Assembly (NCBI RefSeq): GCF_006345805.1
Contig: NW_021834241.1
Span: 8,628-72,627 of the forward strand
From: Octopus sinensis
Lineage: Eukaryota
Length of the DNA: 64,000 nt
Direction of reading: 5' to 3'
Part shown: piece after piece, positions 33,047-46,078 of the stretch
Layout of the letters: the number at the start of each line of letters is the position of its first letter
Position numbering within the stretch: the first letter of the stretch is position 1
Program-made: the position numbers and the translations under genes
The notes under the pieces: model-generated
Database searches by the model: none
The model's input: the letters and a program-made list of their open reading frames with translations, nothing else
Told to the model about the DNA's origin: nothing

Positions 33047-33826
33047 ATGGCTGCCCCCTCATTATCGAGTATGGCCATTGCACGAAGCTCAACTGTTACT
33101 GGTGCTGTGATCAAATGTGACTTTTGAGCATAGCTAAAGATCTACAATGTCTTGTACAAAATTGGCAACTAAAACCTTTACTGGTAATAGCCGGCTGTAG
33201 TTGTAACTGGGCTTCATGTACCTTTGCATGTCGTTTAAGTCCTCCTGCCGAATTACACTCTCTTCCACATGCCTGACAGATATGATTAGTATGGTGTGTT
33301 ACACCACCACCAGTGGCCAGGTTGTCACTCATCAGTCTCGTTTTATGACTATGAAGATGACTCTTGAGTCCAGCTTTACTGAGGCAAGGTCTTGCACAGA
33401 CATTGCATGTCAGCATCAAAGGAAGACCCTTCTCTTCTGGAAGTGTAACAGCGATGCCCTTCCTGACATCCCTCCTTACTTTCTCATGTGCAACTCGAGA
33501 TTTCTCAAAAGTGGCTGTCCCCTCATGCACAATCCTTCTCCACCTGCTACGATCAATAGCTATGCCTTCCCATGTGTCAGGAGAGATGCAAGCATCTCTT
33601 AAGGAAGCCTTCAGCAAGTCCTTATACCTCTTTTTTGGTTTATGTGGAGGTCGTTCTCCTTTAGCTATCTCTCCATAAAAGAGTTGTTTTGGCATCCTTG
33701 AATCCTTCATTCTGACCAGATGACCACTCGATCTGAGCCTTTGCTTTAACACAAGAGCTTCTATACTTTCACACCGAGAGCCTTCCAATATTTCAAGATC
33801 ACTGATGCGGTCCTTCCACTTAATGC
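33047..33826 (-). mobile_element. 5'-truncated RTE (BovB-like) LINE: ORF C-terminus with three C2H2 fingers and short 3' UTR
   Basis: ORF 33111-33788 has SIEALVLKQRLR.SGHLVRMKDSRMPKQLFYGE...R..HKPKKRYKD...DRSRWRRIV followed by three CxxC..H motifs. Confidence 0.9.
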
Positions 33827-33932
33827 CATATATGCATATATATATATGTTATTTATATTATTACTTAATAAAATGCCATGCAACCATTTCCAAGTAAGTT
33901 TATGTATGTATCCATCCATCCATCAGTCTATC

Positions 33933-34020
<88 letters not shown>

Positions 34021-34030
34021 ATGTATGTGT

Positions 34031-34354
34031 GTTGGCTTGTAAAAAGCACCATCTGAATGTGGCCGATGCCAGCACTGCCTTGAATGGCTTCCATGCTAGT
34101 GGCATGTAAAAAGCACCAACCAATCGTGGCCATTGCCAGCCTCCTCTGGCCCCTGTGCCAGTGGCACGTAAAAAGCACCCACTACACTCACGGAGTGGTT
34201 GGTGTCAGGAAGGGCATCCAGCTGTAGAAACACTGCCAGATCAAACTAGAGCCTGGTACAGCCTCTTGGCCTCCCAGACCCCGGTCGAACCGTCCAACCC
34301 ATGCTAGCATGGAAAACGGATGATAAACGATGACGATGAGGATGATGATGATGA
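34031..34354 (+). mobile_element. Family B retroelement 3' end
   Basis: GGTGTCAGGAAGGGCATCCAGCTGTAGAAAC...CATGGAAAACGGA with a (GAT)n tail. Confidence 0.85.
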
Positions 34355-35249
34355 TATGTATATGTATATATATATATATAACTGTCTAAGAATCCATGTC
34401 AGAAAAATCAGTTATCATCTCTGAAGAATGCAGGTTTACATAATCGGGCTGTTATCTTACTCTCTGTTGAACCCTCTAGTGCAATACCAATTGGTAAGAT
34501 AAGGCATAACGAATGTATAATACAGAATATTTTGATTAATATGAATATACATATATATCTTTGTGTGTGTATTCATGACTTCACTTATATCTCCACTTAA
34601 ATAAAAGAAGTTATAAAGAAGCTATTGTTTAGGCTGTACCCCTTGATATCTCATAACATAGCAGTTTGGCAAATAGATAATGATAAAATGAATACCAAAC
34701 TGAAACAACAACTAGGATCAATATCATTTTGTAAACCCTTGGAGGTGGTGCTCCAGTATGGTCATAGACCAATGAGTAAAACCAAGGCATAAAAGGTAAA
34801 AATCATTATATACGCTACAAAAGAAAAAAAAACATAGAAACCCTCCTTAATTAGTTCTCTATAGATATTTTCAAACACCACCTATTAGCCTGTTTTTTAT
34901 TGATTACTAATTGGAAAATAAGGCCATCAATATCTCTATTTTCCCAATATTTTGAGTGACATTTAATCAGTTTTTGAAAATTGCATTTTTTTCTTTTAAT
35001 TGCGTTTTTTTTCATCAACTTATACTCTTGTTCCTTTCATCATTTTTTTTTTTATGTGCTGTTTTTACTATCTTTATCTTTATAGATCGTTATCTATGTT
35101 GTGTTGTATTTATTGTTATATATCTAATTATTGCTATACGTCTATATTCTTTATTCACTGACATCCTCCAACCTCTGACACGCAGATGTGCTGTTCCCTA
35201 CTTTTCCTCAGTTTTCCATTTTCATAATGCTTAAACATTAGACTCTGTT

Positions 35250-35293
<44 letters not shown>

Positions 35294-35294
35294 A

Positions 35295-35327
<33 letters not shown>

Positions 35328-35335
35328 TACTACTA

Positions 35336-35403
<68 letters not shown>

Positions 35404-35444
35404 ATGCTGCTGTAGTACTACTACTAATACTACTACTTCTGCTA

Positions 35445-35511
<67 letters not shown>

Positions 35512-35520
35512 CACTACTAA
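35250..35520. repeat. (CTG)n/(CTA)n compound microsatellite
   Basis: Seen directly. Confidence 0.95.
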
Positions 35521-36666
35521 GGTCTTCTTAATATTCACTTATTTTTTTCTTTGTATATTCTTCATATAGTGTCATATATTCTATGTCTGCATTACCAGCA
35601 TTCCCAGCCCTTTTTCCTGCAGAAACCTCTGCAATTTCCTCCCTACATGTGGTTTTCTTAGTCAGTCTTGAAGCTGTTCATGTGGAACGTCAGCCATGTC
35701 AATTTCAAGACTTTCGAATGAACAGTACCCAAGCTATTAAAAATAAAGATGATTACTAGAAGCACAATCACGGCTCATGTCTTTAGTTCTGCGTATCTAC
35801 TGATTATACACCATTATTCGCACAGGTAAATAAACACACAGACACGGTACACACACACATACACAACAAAACAATCCCCCACCCCCCACCCCACCCCCAC
35901 ACACAGAGCAAAACAACCACCACCACCGAGCATAGTCCTATGAACCCGGAAAAATTTAAAACAGGGAGTTACTTACTTGCACATAAATGTGTTAACATGT
36001 GACATTATTGGCCGAGGTTACCGTGGTCTTTTCCGTAAGCTTTTCTTTCCACGGATAAAACTTATCTGCTTCCCCCTTTACACTTTGCATCATGACATTT
36101 CTGTGATACCTGATCCATATTGATCGTTTTTTTTCTCTATTTTTACGATCCCTTTTGATCGAAAACCTACCCTCGCTTTTTATTTTTTATTTTTATTTTT
36201 ATTTTATTTTTTTCCTCCCCCAAAAAGAAAAGCTCTACTTTGTAATTTGCTCCCTCTGTGTTCAGCCCTGTGTGGCTAATAAAGAAACATATTATCATCA
36301 TCTTCATTGTTTAACATCCACATATTCCTAATAGTTTGGATCTGAAGGAATTTGTTGAAGCAAATTTTTCTACAGCTAGATGCTCTCCCTGTTGCCAACC
36401 CTCATTTGTTCCCAGGCAAATTAATATTTTCCCATAACTGGAGGTTTTTCACAGAAGATAAGAAATGAACAACACTGCTTGTGTGACAGTGATGCTCACT
36501 TACAACAATCACATAACATTAAAACAATGGCATGCATAAACACACACATGCATACACATACATGCATAAAAGCATACACAGATACCTATATGTGTATGTG
36601 TACACACACCACACACACACACATATATATATACATATATGTAAATACATGTATTTACATATATGT

Positions 36667-36745
<79 letters not shown>

Positions 36746-36861
36746 TTATATGTTTATAAAGTTAATCCAAACATGAAAACACAAAGAGAAAACACAACAA
36801 AGTGAGGACGTGGAACAAATATAGTATTATTGGACGCTCAGGAAGGAAGGAAAGAAGGAGG

Positions 36862-36896
36862 GTTTAACGTTTCGAGTGGAGCTCTTCGTCAGAAAC
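36862..36896 (-). ncRNA. Minimal type I hammerhead ribozyme in a ~200-bp repeat (36780-36990)
   Basis: GTTT-CTGACGA-a-GAG-ctcca-CTC-GAAAC-GTT-AAAC: stem I GTTT/AAAC and palindromic ACGT stem III. Confidence 0.65.
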
Positions 36897-37109
36897 ATAG
36901 GAGAAGGAAAGATCCAGAGAAGGGAAGACAGAAGAAAAGAAATTGCCAACGGTACACACACGGTCACATTTTGAATGACCGGAAGTATATATAAGTATAT
37001 ATATGTATACATTTATATGTATACATATATGTGTGTATATATATGTATATGTATATAAATAAATACATATTCACACACACACACTCACACACATACACAT
37101 ACACACACA

Positions 37110-37259
37110 CACCTGCACACAGTGGACCGTCTGTGGCAAGTGTTTTCAACTATAGCCAGTGTCAATCAATGCTTTGTGACTGAATTTGGAAGATGGAAGC
37201 TGCATGAAAGTCTGTTGTGTGTGTGTGTGTGTGGTGTGTGTGTGTGTGTGTGTGTGTGC

Positions 37260-37296
<37 letters not shown>

Positions 37297-37500
37297 TATT
37301 TGTGTTTGTGTTTGGCTCACCACCACCACCACCACCACCTGACAAATGGTGTTGGTTTGTTTAGAATTTCAGTAAAAGAAATATGTAAAACTAATAGCAG
37401 ATAGAAAATAGGTTCCGGAGTTGATTTGTTGAAACAAAACCTTTCAAGACAGTGCTCTCGCATGGCCACAATTCAAGGACTGAAACAAACAAAACATAAA
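37110..37500 (+). mobile_element. Old diverged family A-like SINE
   Basis: GGCAAGTGTTTTC..., internal (GT)n, and a CATGGCCACA...GACTGAAACAA tail. Confidence 0.6.
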
Positions 37501-37860
37501 AGAAACGAAATACATAACAGTGATTATTATTTAACAGTCGTACATATTACTGTGCATTGTAAATTTAAATTTTATCTTTAATCTTTTGCTCACTTCACTT
37601 ATTAGACTGTGGCCAAACTGGGGCACTGCCTTGAAGGAATTAGTGAAACAAATTTATTTCAGTACTTATTTTTTAAGTTTGGTACTAATTTTATGCGATT
37701 CTTTTGCCAAACTGCCAAGTTACATGGATGTAAACAAACCAACATTGCTTAGGAAATGGCGAGCACTTGTGTACACACAAATGATGGGCTTCCACACAGT
37801 TTCCATCTACGAAATTTTCTCAAAAGATATGCTATGTGTGTATGTATGTATGTATGTATG

Positions 37861-38432
37861 TCAGGTCACTTTCGAGTGCTACTGGTATCATGTAAGCCAG
37901 TACAACCTGTTGCATGGTCGGGTTGTCGGCGACTAAACCAGCAACCCCACCAAGCTTGCTTGGTGAGGAGGGTGTTTATTGGACACCCTGCGGGATGAAA
38001 AACAAAGCCCGTCAAAGGGCGGAGGAACTCCTGAGAGTCAACGGCCATCCAATAAATATCTTAAGGCTGTATCATGCGCGGGGACATAGAAATAATTGGA
38101 CTGAATACCCGATCGCGTGGTTAAACCATTGGGAGTGAAAGACTCCAAGCCTTTGTTAGGGCATCCTTCTAGGAGAAGGTAACTCAGGTAACTAGGATAA
38201 CTCTGACATAAAACCTACGGCTCAGTGGTTACCGATGATGTTGACTTGTTCTTCTTTTCGGATTATGGCTACTGTTGCTTAGTGAGTGGGATTGACTCAG
38301 TGCACAACCTTTCCTCACTTTAAAAAAAATCTTCTTGCATAGGCATTGCATGATAACAACACTGATTAAGCTTCGTGCAATGGCCATACTTGATAATGAG
38401 GGGGCAGCCACCATGTATGTATGTATGTATGT
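37861..38432 (+). mobile_element. Non-autonomous RTE derivative (RTE-like leader fused to RTE 3' tail, (ATGT)n end)
   Basis: Ends AGCTTCGTGCAATGGCCATACTTGATAATGAGGGGGCAGCCA, nearly identical to the 3' end of the LINE at 33047-33090. No ORF. Confidence 0.75.
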
Positions 38433-38434
38433 GA

Positions 38435-38745
38435 GTTAAACCATTGGGAGTGAAGGACTCCTAGCCTTTGTTAGGGCATCCTTCTAGGAGAAGGTAACTC
38501 AGGTAACTGGGATAACTCTGACATAAAACCTGCGGCTCAGTGGTTACCGATGATGTTGACTTGTTCTTCTTTTCGGATTATGGCTACTGTTGCTTAGTGA
38601 GTGGGATTGACTCAGTGCACAGCCTTTCCTCACTTTAAAAAAAATCTTCTTGCACAGGCATTGCACGATAACAACATTGATTAAGCTTCGTGCAATGGCC
38701 ATACTTGATAACGAGGGGGCAGCCACCATGAATGTATGTATGTGA
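38435..38745 (+). mobile_element. Second, 5'-truncated tandem copy of the non-autonomous RTE derivative
   Basis: Repeats 38120-38432 with a 315-bp period. Confidence 0.85.
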
Positions 38746-38748
38746 GTG

Positions 38749-38783
<35 letters not shown>

Positions 38784-40330
38784 GCATTTATGTATGTATG
38801 TATGTATGTATGCATTTATGTATGTATGTATGCGTTTATGTAGGTATGTATAAACTTTTAATATACAACATATTTTCCTCGGTGTTTCAATACACTAATA
38901 CAATATATAAGAATGCTATTCATTATTTCTATTACATCAGTTATGTATATTTCTCATTATGCCAAAAATCTATTCAAACTATATAACATTATCTATTTTG
39001 TTTATCATAATTTTCTCCGCTGAAATTTGCAATCAGTAATTGATCATATATCACTTCCAAAATTAACTGACATTTTAAGGTCAACAGTGATGTCTTTAAA
39101 GATATAATAAAAGCAGTGCAGTTATATATTTTGTTCAATATAGCTCTTGTTTAACAGACTTTTAATGTTTCCATTCAATATAACCTTTTCATTTTAATCA
39201 CCAAATCTCTGTCAATAAAACTGGTCAATATTTTCTCTCTTCCCCCCACCATCTTTCTTTCACCTTCTCTCTCTCACCCTCTCTCTCTCTCTCTTACTCT
39301 CTCTCTCTCTTATTCTCTCTCTCTCTTACTCTCTCTCATTCTCTGTCTTCTCTTTTATACTTTGTCGTCATTGAAGTAAAACAGTTTTCTCTATTAGATA
39401 TTATAGATTATGGACTGTAAACATTTATTTGACTTTATTAAGCTAATGCTGTTATTTTCAAATGGGAGAATCAAGAAGTTACCTTCTAAATATTTCCTTT
39501 ACATCCTGTTCACAGATAATGGTTAACTATTGTTTATTTAGAAACATTTTCATAACTTTTAAGTAATTTTCTTTCAGTTATCTATAGGTCTTTCTTCACT
39601 ACTTCCTTTCCATTCATTCTATACAGACAATCTTCTATATACTTTCTATATGATTTATAACATATGAACTCTATACATTTTCTTTTATCTCATTCAGAAT
39701 ATCTACTATTTGTCTTCTGTCTAATGACAGCTATTTATTTGAATCAACAGAGTAGACATTTGGAAAATATTTGCTATTGGTGCTTGAGTTTTGTTCTGAG
39801 ATAGACAGACATAGAATATGGATATTGAAGTATTACTGTAATAAAGAAAAATATTTCAGTTCACCTGTGTGTAGAATAAATATATATATTTGTGAGCGAT
39901 AATTTGTGGCAGATAATTTCAGTTGTAAGTATAGAATTATGAAAATACAAATGACTAAGTTGTTGATAAGAACAATGGTTTAACACAAATTTTAGTATAA
40001 GTCAATGAACGTGACGCAACTTGTAAAATAAGATGTGTTAGAGATTGCATTATAATTTCACAAATTTTAGTAATTCTTTTCTTGAAGGCTAGTTCTTTTT
40101 TGCAAAGCTTGAACAAGCAGGCATAGCTGTGTGGTTAAGAAGCATGATTTTGTAACCATGTGGGTTAAAGTTCAGTTTAACTGTGTGGTTTCTTGGGCAA
40201 GTGTTTTCTAATTTAGCTCTGGGTCAACCACTGCCTTACGAGTGAATTTGTAGACAGAAATGACCATGTGGAAAACCATCATATACATGTGTGTGTGTAT
40301 ATGTATATATGTATATATGTATATATGTAT

Positions 40331-40640
40331 GTGATCACCGTGACCGACCAGGCTATCAGATGTTGCTACACATCGCTGGTCACAATGTACTTTGCATTGT
40401 TTTATCCTTCAAATGATGCCCCCCCCCCTGCTGGCTAAGCAAGCAGGCCAACAGAAGAAAGAGTGAGAGAAAGTTGCGGCGAAAGAGTACAGCAGGGATC
40501 GCCACCACCCCCTGCCGGAGCCTTGTGGAGCTTTAGATGTTTACACTCAATAAACACACACAATGCCCGGTCTGGGAATCGAAACCATGATCCTACGACC
40601 GCAAGTCCGCTGCCCTAACCACTGGGCCATTGCCCTCCGC
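40331..40640 (-). mobile_element. tRNA-derived SINE (family C, tail type 1)
   Basis: Head GGCAATGGCCCAGTGGTTAGGGCAGCGGAC...GGTTTCGATTCCC with A and B boxes. Confidence 0.85.
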
Positions 40641-41284
40641 ATATATATGTATGTAGGAGACCAAAAATGTATGTATGTACATATATATATGTATGTGTAT
40701 ATACATACACACATATGTGTCTGTTGTGTTTGTATTTGTACACTCTTCCATTTGACAACTGTTGTTGGTCTGTTTTCATAATCATAATTCAGTGACTCTA
40801 TAAAGACCGACCAATAAAATAAGAACAAAACTCAAGAGCAAGTATTGGCATTGATCTGTTTGTCTATATATCCTTCAAGGTGGCACCCCAGCATGGCTGC
40901 TGTCCAATGACTGAATCGAGAGAAAGATAAATAGCTTAGTAAAGTGTCGTTCTATAACCTTCCTCAACCTCTCCTGCTTTATTGTTAAGCGGTTAATTGT
41001 TTAAGTCATTAAGTTTAATGGTACAGCACATGCAACTGGGGTTTGAGAGGTACAGGTTCAGTCCTCTGCAGCAGTTTACTATTCCTCAAGTTGGTGCCTC
41101 AGCATGGCCGCAGTCTGATGACTGAAACAAGTAAAAGGTCAACATGAATTCTAGAGTTCCCATCACCTCACTTGCTGTTTTGGCAGAAATGGTCAACAGT
41201 GCAAACAGTTTTTCACATTATGAGTGTTATTTTTCGCTTGATTAAAGATAATTTTGCATCATTATATTGAATATATTAGTTCCA

Positions 41285-41437
41285 CATTTTGGTACAAGGC
41301 CAGCAATTTTGGGTGAGAAGGTAAGTCGATAAAATCTACCCCAGTGATCAACTGGTACTTATTTTATTGTCTATGAAAAGATGAAAGGCAACGTCGACTG
41401 CAATGATATTTAAACTCAGAACGTAAAGACAGATGAA
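41285..41437 (-). mobile_element. Meta-like SINE fragment (family M)
   Basis: ACTGGTACTTATTTTATTG..ATGAAAGGCAACGTCGAC. Confidence 0.65.
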
Positions 41438-42084
41438 AATTATATTGCATATATTAGTATCTCCTAACATACTTTATCTTTATCTTTATCTTTATCTTTA
41501 TCTGGTTTCAGCTCACGAGCTGTGGCCATGCTGGGGCACCGCCATTCATGCTGGGGCACTGCCATTCTTAATGTATTTCTAGGCAAAATTGTCCTTTATC
41601 ATTATTGAATGTGTTTGTTAAAGATCTGGAAGTATGGAGAGGTATGTTAAAGTTTTGGAAATATGGAAAAATAGATGATACTCAATTGTCATTAAGAACA
41701 AAAGTTTGATATAAATTTTTCCATAACCGAAGGTCTTGTAGCTTGTAATATTTGAACTATACGAAGAGTTCAAATTTATCATATGCCACATATTTGTTTT
41801 AAATTTCCAGTTGTTTTCCTTATAGCTTGCCCAGACAGTTTAGTAAAACATGAGCAAATAAAAAATGTTTGCAAATATAAGATGTTTTTTTTAGTAGTCC
41901 TTCCTCGAAATTATATATCTAAACTTCATGTATCTTTTATCTTTTGTTGCAGCTATGGTGATGTGCTGCCTTGAAGAGTTTCGTCAAACCTCTGAGTTAC
42001 AAAGACAGAAACAAAGCAACACCAGTTGTTGAGTAATGGTGGGAGAAACTCACAAATACAAAGACACACACATATGTATGTATG

Positions 42085-42410
42085 GCACTGGCACACTGTC
42101 GGTTATGATGACAAAGGTTTCGGTTGATCCAATCAATGGAACAACCTGCTTGTGAAATTACCATGCAAGTGGCTGAGTACTCCACAGACATGTGTATGCT
42201 TAACATAGTTCACAGGGGGAATCAACGTGACACAGAGTGTGACAAGGCTGGCCCTTTGAAATACAGGTACTAATCTGTTTTGGCCAGCTAAGTGCACTGG
42301 AGTAATGTGAAGTAAAGTGTCTTGTTCAAGGATACGATGTGTTGCTGGGAATTGAACTCACGGCCTTATGATCATGAGCTGAATACTCTAAGCACTAAGC
42401 CACAGGCCTT
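42085..42410 (-). mobile_element. Diverged tRNA-SINE (family C, tail type 2)
   Basis: Body matches 53378-53580. Confidence 0.75.
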
Positions 42411-43484
42411 CGCACTCATATAGACCACACACAGACACACACGTACTTTCAGTTTCTGTCTACCAAATCCACTCACAAGGTTTTGCTTGGACTGAGCTTA
42501 TGGCGGTGCCCCAGCATGGCCACAGCTCGTGAGCTGAAACAAGATAAAATTTAAAAAAAAAAAAGCAGGGTTTTTTTTTCTTTATCAATAAAAGTCAAAT
42601 CTATATGATGACAATTGTAAAGCTATTTTTTTTTTATTATTATCTTGATTTGTACTTTTATTTTGAATACTTTGCAATTATTTTCCTATTTTCACAATAG
42701 TTTCTCACAAATAAAAAGACTGGACTATTACTGAGGTATTTACAACCACATCTCTAAAAATGATGGGAAAACATATATTTGATTCCAATCAGAGGAAACC
42801 TATTTGATTTTCCTACATAGGCATCAGGTCTCCATGCTGGATAATATAGCATTTCAGATTGCCATCAGACCAACATAATTTCAATGCAATCCGAACTAGT
42901 TTTAAGCGTCACTTGTGACCATGATGCATTTTTCCCAAGTAAATACCATATATGAAACAAAGAGCTATCTTCCTTGTACAAGCCTCAGGCTTCCTCTCTC
43001 AGTGGATGTATTAAGTTGTTATTATCATCGGATGAGTTTTGGTGGCGGAAGACTTTAACTATAGACAACTGTTAGGATCACCAGAACGCTTATAACATCA
43101 CTTTGCAGAATACATTTTTCCCCCTAATATATTCAGAGATATAAAAGATGAAGGATTGATACCATGCTATCAAAAGTGGGTAAATTTCAATATTTTCTGT
43201 CAAAGCATTCTAAATGCATAATTGCATGTAAGAAAACCAATTTCTCTTAACCAGATACATCCAATTTTTGTCTGGGTTTAGTAGAGTCAATCAATCACTG
43301 GCTCTATATGGTTATTTTATCTGTTAGAAATAGCAGCCAAGTCTCCCTCAACTGACACCCTAATATCTTAATGTATCAGTATGCTGACACATTGAACAGA
43401 GAAATCTTAGATATATGAATAAGCTCTGTAAAAGCACATGGTCTAATGTACATGGCTTTTGACTTATGATCAAAAGGCACACGC

Positions 43485-43645
43485 TTAGCTGTGTGGTAGG
43501 ATGCTTGCTTCCCAACCACCTGGTTCTAGGTTCAGTCCCACTGTGTGGCACCTTGGGGAAGTGTCTTCTACAACAGCCTTGGGCCGACCAAAGCCTTGTG
43601 AGTGGATTTGGTAGATGGAAACTGAAAGAAGCCCATTGTATATAT
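43485..43645 (+). mobile_element. SINE family A, 5' half
   Basis: Head and CORE region. Confidence 0.8.
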
Positions 43646-44093
43646 CTATATAAATAAAACAAAGTTTATGTGTGCATGTGCGTGCGTGCGTGCGTGTGTG
43701 TGTGCGTGTGTGTGTATGTGTTTGTGTGTGTGTGTGCATGTGTGTATGTTCCTTATGGATTCGAAAACTCAGTTGCCAATTTCAACGTATGAGGTATCTA
43801 AAGATTCGGTAATCTTTCGGCTACCAAATAAAGTATGTTTTTTGCACAAATCTTTTTTACTACAAAAATAACCTCATAAACGAGGTTGGGCTGCATAATT
43901 TTGAAGTCTTTTGCTAAGGGAGGTAACTCTGCCTGAACAATCTTTGTCTTAGAGCATAATGAGAAAATGTTTAAAATACATGGAGTTTTACCAAGAAATA
44001 AAACTTTGAACATATACCTTCAACTTAATTAGTATTATTTAGTAGATAATATTTTAATGTGAAGTATGTTTATCATGGTTTTGTTTATCTCAG

Positions 44094-44189
44094 ATGTAGC
44101 AGACCCATCGCATAGTCTTGTTTTCTTCTTGAAATACTGTAAACCTGTGTCGCCGGAAATAAACTGCGTCACAGCAGTAGTTTTGAAAA
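44094..44189 (+). CDS. Candidate 96-bp phase 1-1 exon of an unidentified gene
   Basis: Acceptor ggttttgtttatctcag, donor AAAA/gttagg, open frame VADPSHSLVFFLKYCKPVSPEINCVTAVVLK. It is more GC-rich than its flanks and is not repeated in the window. Confidence 0.35.
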
Positions 44190-44524
44190 GTTAGGAATAT
44201 ACAAACTGCTAGTTTACATGTGAATCAAGTTGTGTGTATATTTGAAATCTAAAGGCTCCCTACTGATGAAAACTAGCCTCAATAAATATTTTTTTACTGG
44301 AATGAGTTAGAAATCATGGTCTAGGAACTAAATTTGATGGTAAACGTTTTTAATTTTCAATCCTCTTGAGAATTTATCCCTAATTAGTGGTTTGAGTTTT
44401 ATACTGCTCTTTCTAGCACAAGGCTTTCCTGTTTGGAAGCCTCTTAATGTGTCTTAATGTACACGATATTTTTACATCTCATCTATATATATCATCCATA
44501 TATATAAATATATATATATATATT

Positions 44525-44586
<62 letters not shown>

Positions 44587-45475
44587 TACATATACACACA
44601 TATATATATGTATGTATATATATGTGTGTATATATATTTATTATATGATGGGCCTCTTTTGGTTTCTATCTATCAAATTTATTCACAATGCTTTAGTTGA
44701 GCCGGAGCTATAGAAGAAGGCACTTAATCAACATGTCACACTCACAAAGCTTTGGTCAGCCCGAGGCTATAGTAGAGGGCACATGCCCAAAGTGACATGC
44801 AGTGGGACTGAACCTAGAACCATGTGCTTGGGAAGCAAACCTCTAACATCTCAACCATGTTTGCCCATATAAGTAATATTATTTTAATCATTTTCATAAA
44901 TTTGGAAGAAATAACTACTTGATGTAAAATCCAAACAATTCCTCCAGAGGTGTGGAATAGCATGGGTGATGGAAACAATTAGTTTAAGGGCTTATTATCT
45001 GCTTATTACACTTGTTAATTAAAAGGAATGGGTGCAAAAAGACCTTTGTTACTGGATGTTGAGAACCTTTGCAATGCTACTCCTGAGTATATACTGTATT
45101 TTGGGTGAAGAAATGGTTCAGTTAATCTTGGAACTGAAAATCTGAAGAGAGAAAAAGTAAATTCTATAAGTAAGTTTGTGTTAACATATTTAATGCAGGA
45201 ACATGACTAATCCAATTAAATGTAATTATGTGGCGTGGAAAAGATGTGGTATTAATGATTAATATTATTCTCATAATTTCAGAAAGTATGGGAATCAACT
45301 CTGGTAATGTTTTAGATTATTTGAACTCATCAGTGAAGCAAAGACATCACCATGCTAAGTAAACAAACTAATATTGAGAGAATCATTAAGTACATACATA
45401 CATATGTGACCGCGTGTGTACCGTTGACGATTTTTTTCCTCCATCTTCCCTTTCTTGGATCTTTCCTTTTCCTAT

Positions 45476-45510
45476 GTTTCTGATGAAGAGCTCCACTCGA
45501 AACGTTAAAT
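45476..45510 (+). ncRNA. Minimal type I hammerhead ribozyme (same family as 36862-36896; repeat spans ~45405-45560)
   Basis: GTTT-CTGATGA-a-GAG-ctcca-CTC-GAAAC-GTT-AAAT. Confidence 0.65.
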
Positions 45511-45582
45511 CCTCCTTCTTTCTTTCCTTTCCTGAGCGTCCAATAACACTATACTTTGCATACATACATACATACATACGTA

Positions 45583-45870
45583 GGTGCAGGAGTGGCTGTG
45601 TGGTAAATAGCTTGCTTACCAACCATATGGTTCCAGATTCAGCCCCACTGCATCGCACCTTGGACAAGTGTATTCTACTATTGCCTCAGGCTGACCAAAG
45701 CCTTGTGAGTGGATTTGGTAGATGGAAGCTCTCTGTGTGTGTGTGAGTGTGTGTGTGTGTGTTTGCGTGTCTGTGTTTGTCCCCCACTATCATTTGACAA
45801 CTGATGCTGGTGTGTTCATAACAGCGGTTTGGCAAACTGGAACGATAGAGTAAGTACCATGCTTACAAAG
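45583..45870 (+). mobile_element. SINE family A (diverged)
   Basis: Head, CORE, internal (GT)n and part of the tail. Confidence 0.8.
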
Positions 45871-45965
45871 TCAAGTGACTGAAGTGAGTAATAGAATATA
45901 TATATATTACGTATATGTGTGTGTGTGCATATACATATGTGTATAAATACTTATATATATATACG

Positions 45966-46020
<55 letters not shown>

Positions 46021-46025
46021 CATAC

Positions 46026-46078
<53 letters not shown>

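Noticed and set aside
35597-35734. Minus-strand segment with strong acceptor and donor
   Set aside because: All three frames contain stops; at best a non-coding exon, which cannot be supported from sequence alone.
40560-40640. tRNA-like sequences (also 53690-53764, 52200-52279 and family A heads)
   Set aside because: They have A/B boxes but no complete cloverleaf or acceptor stem, and continue into SINE bodies; they are SINE heads, not tRNA genes.
44150-44172. CCGGAAAT and TGCGTCAC as ETS/CRE promoter motifs
   Set aside because: Short motifs expected by chance, lying inside a candidate exon, with no CpG island or other promoter evidence.
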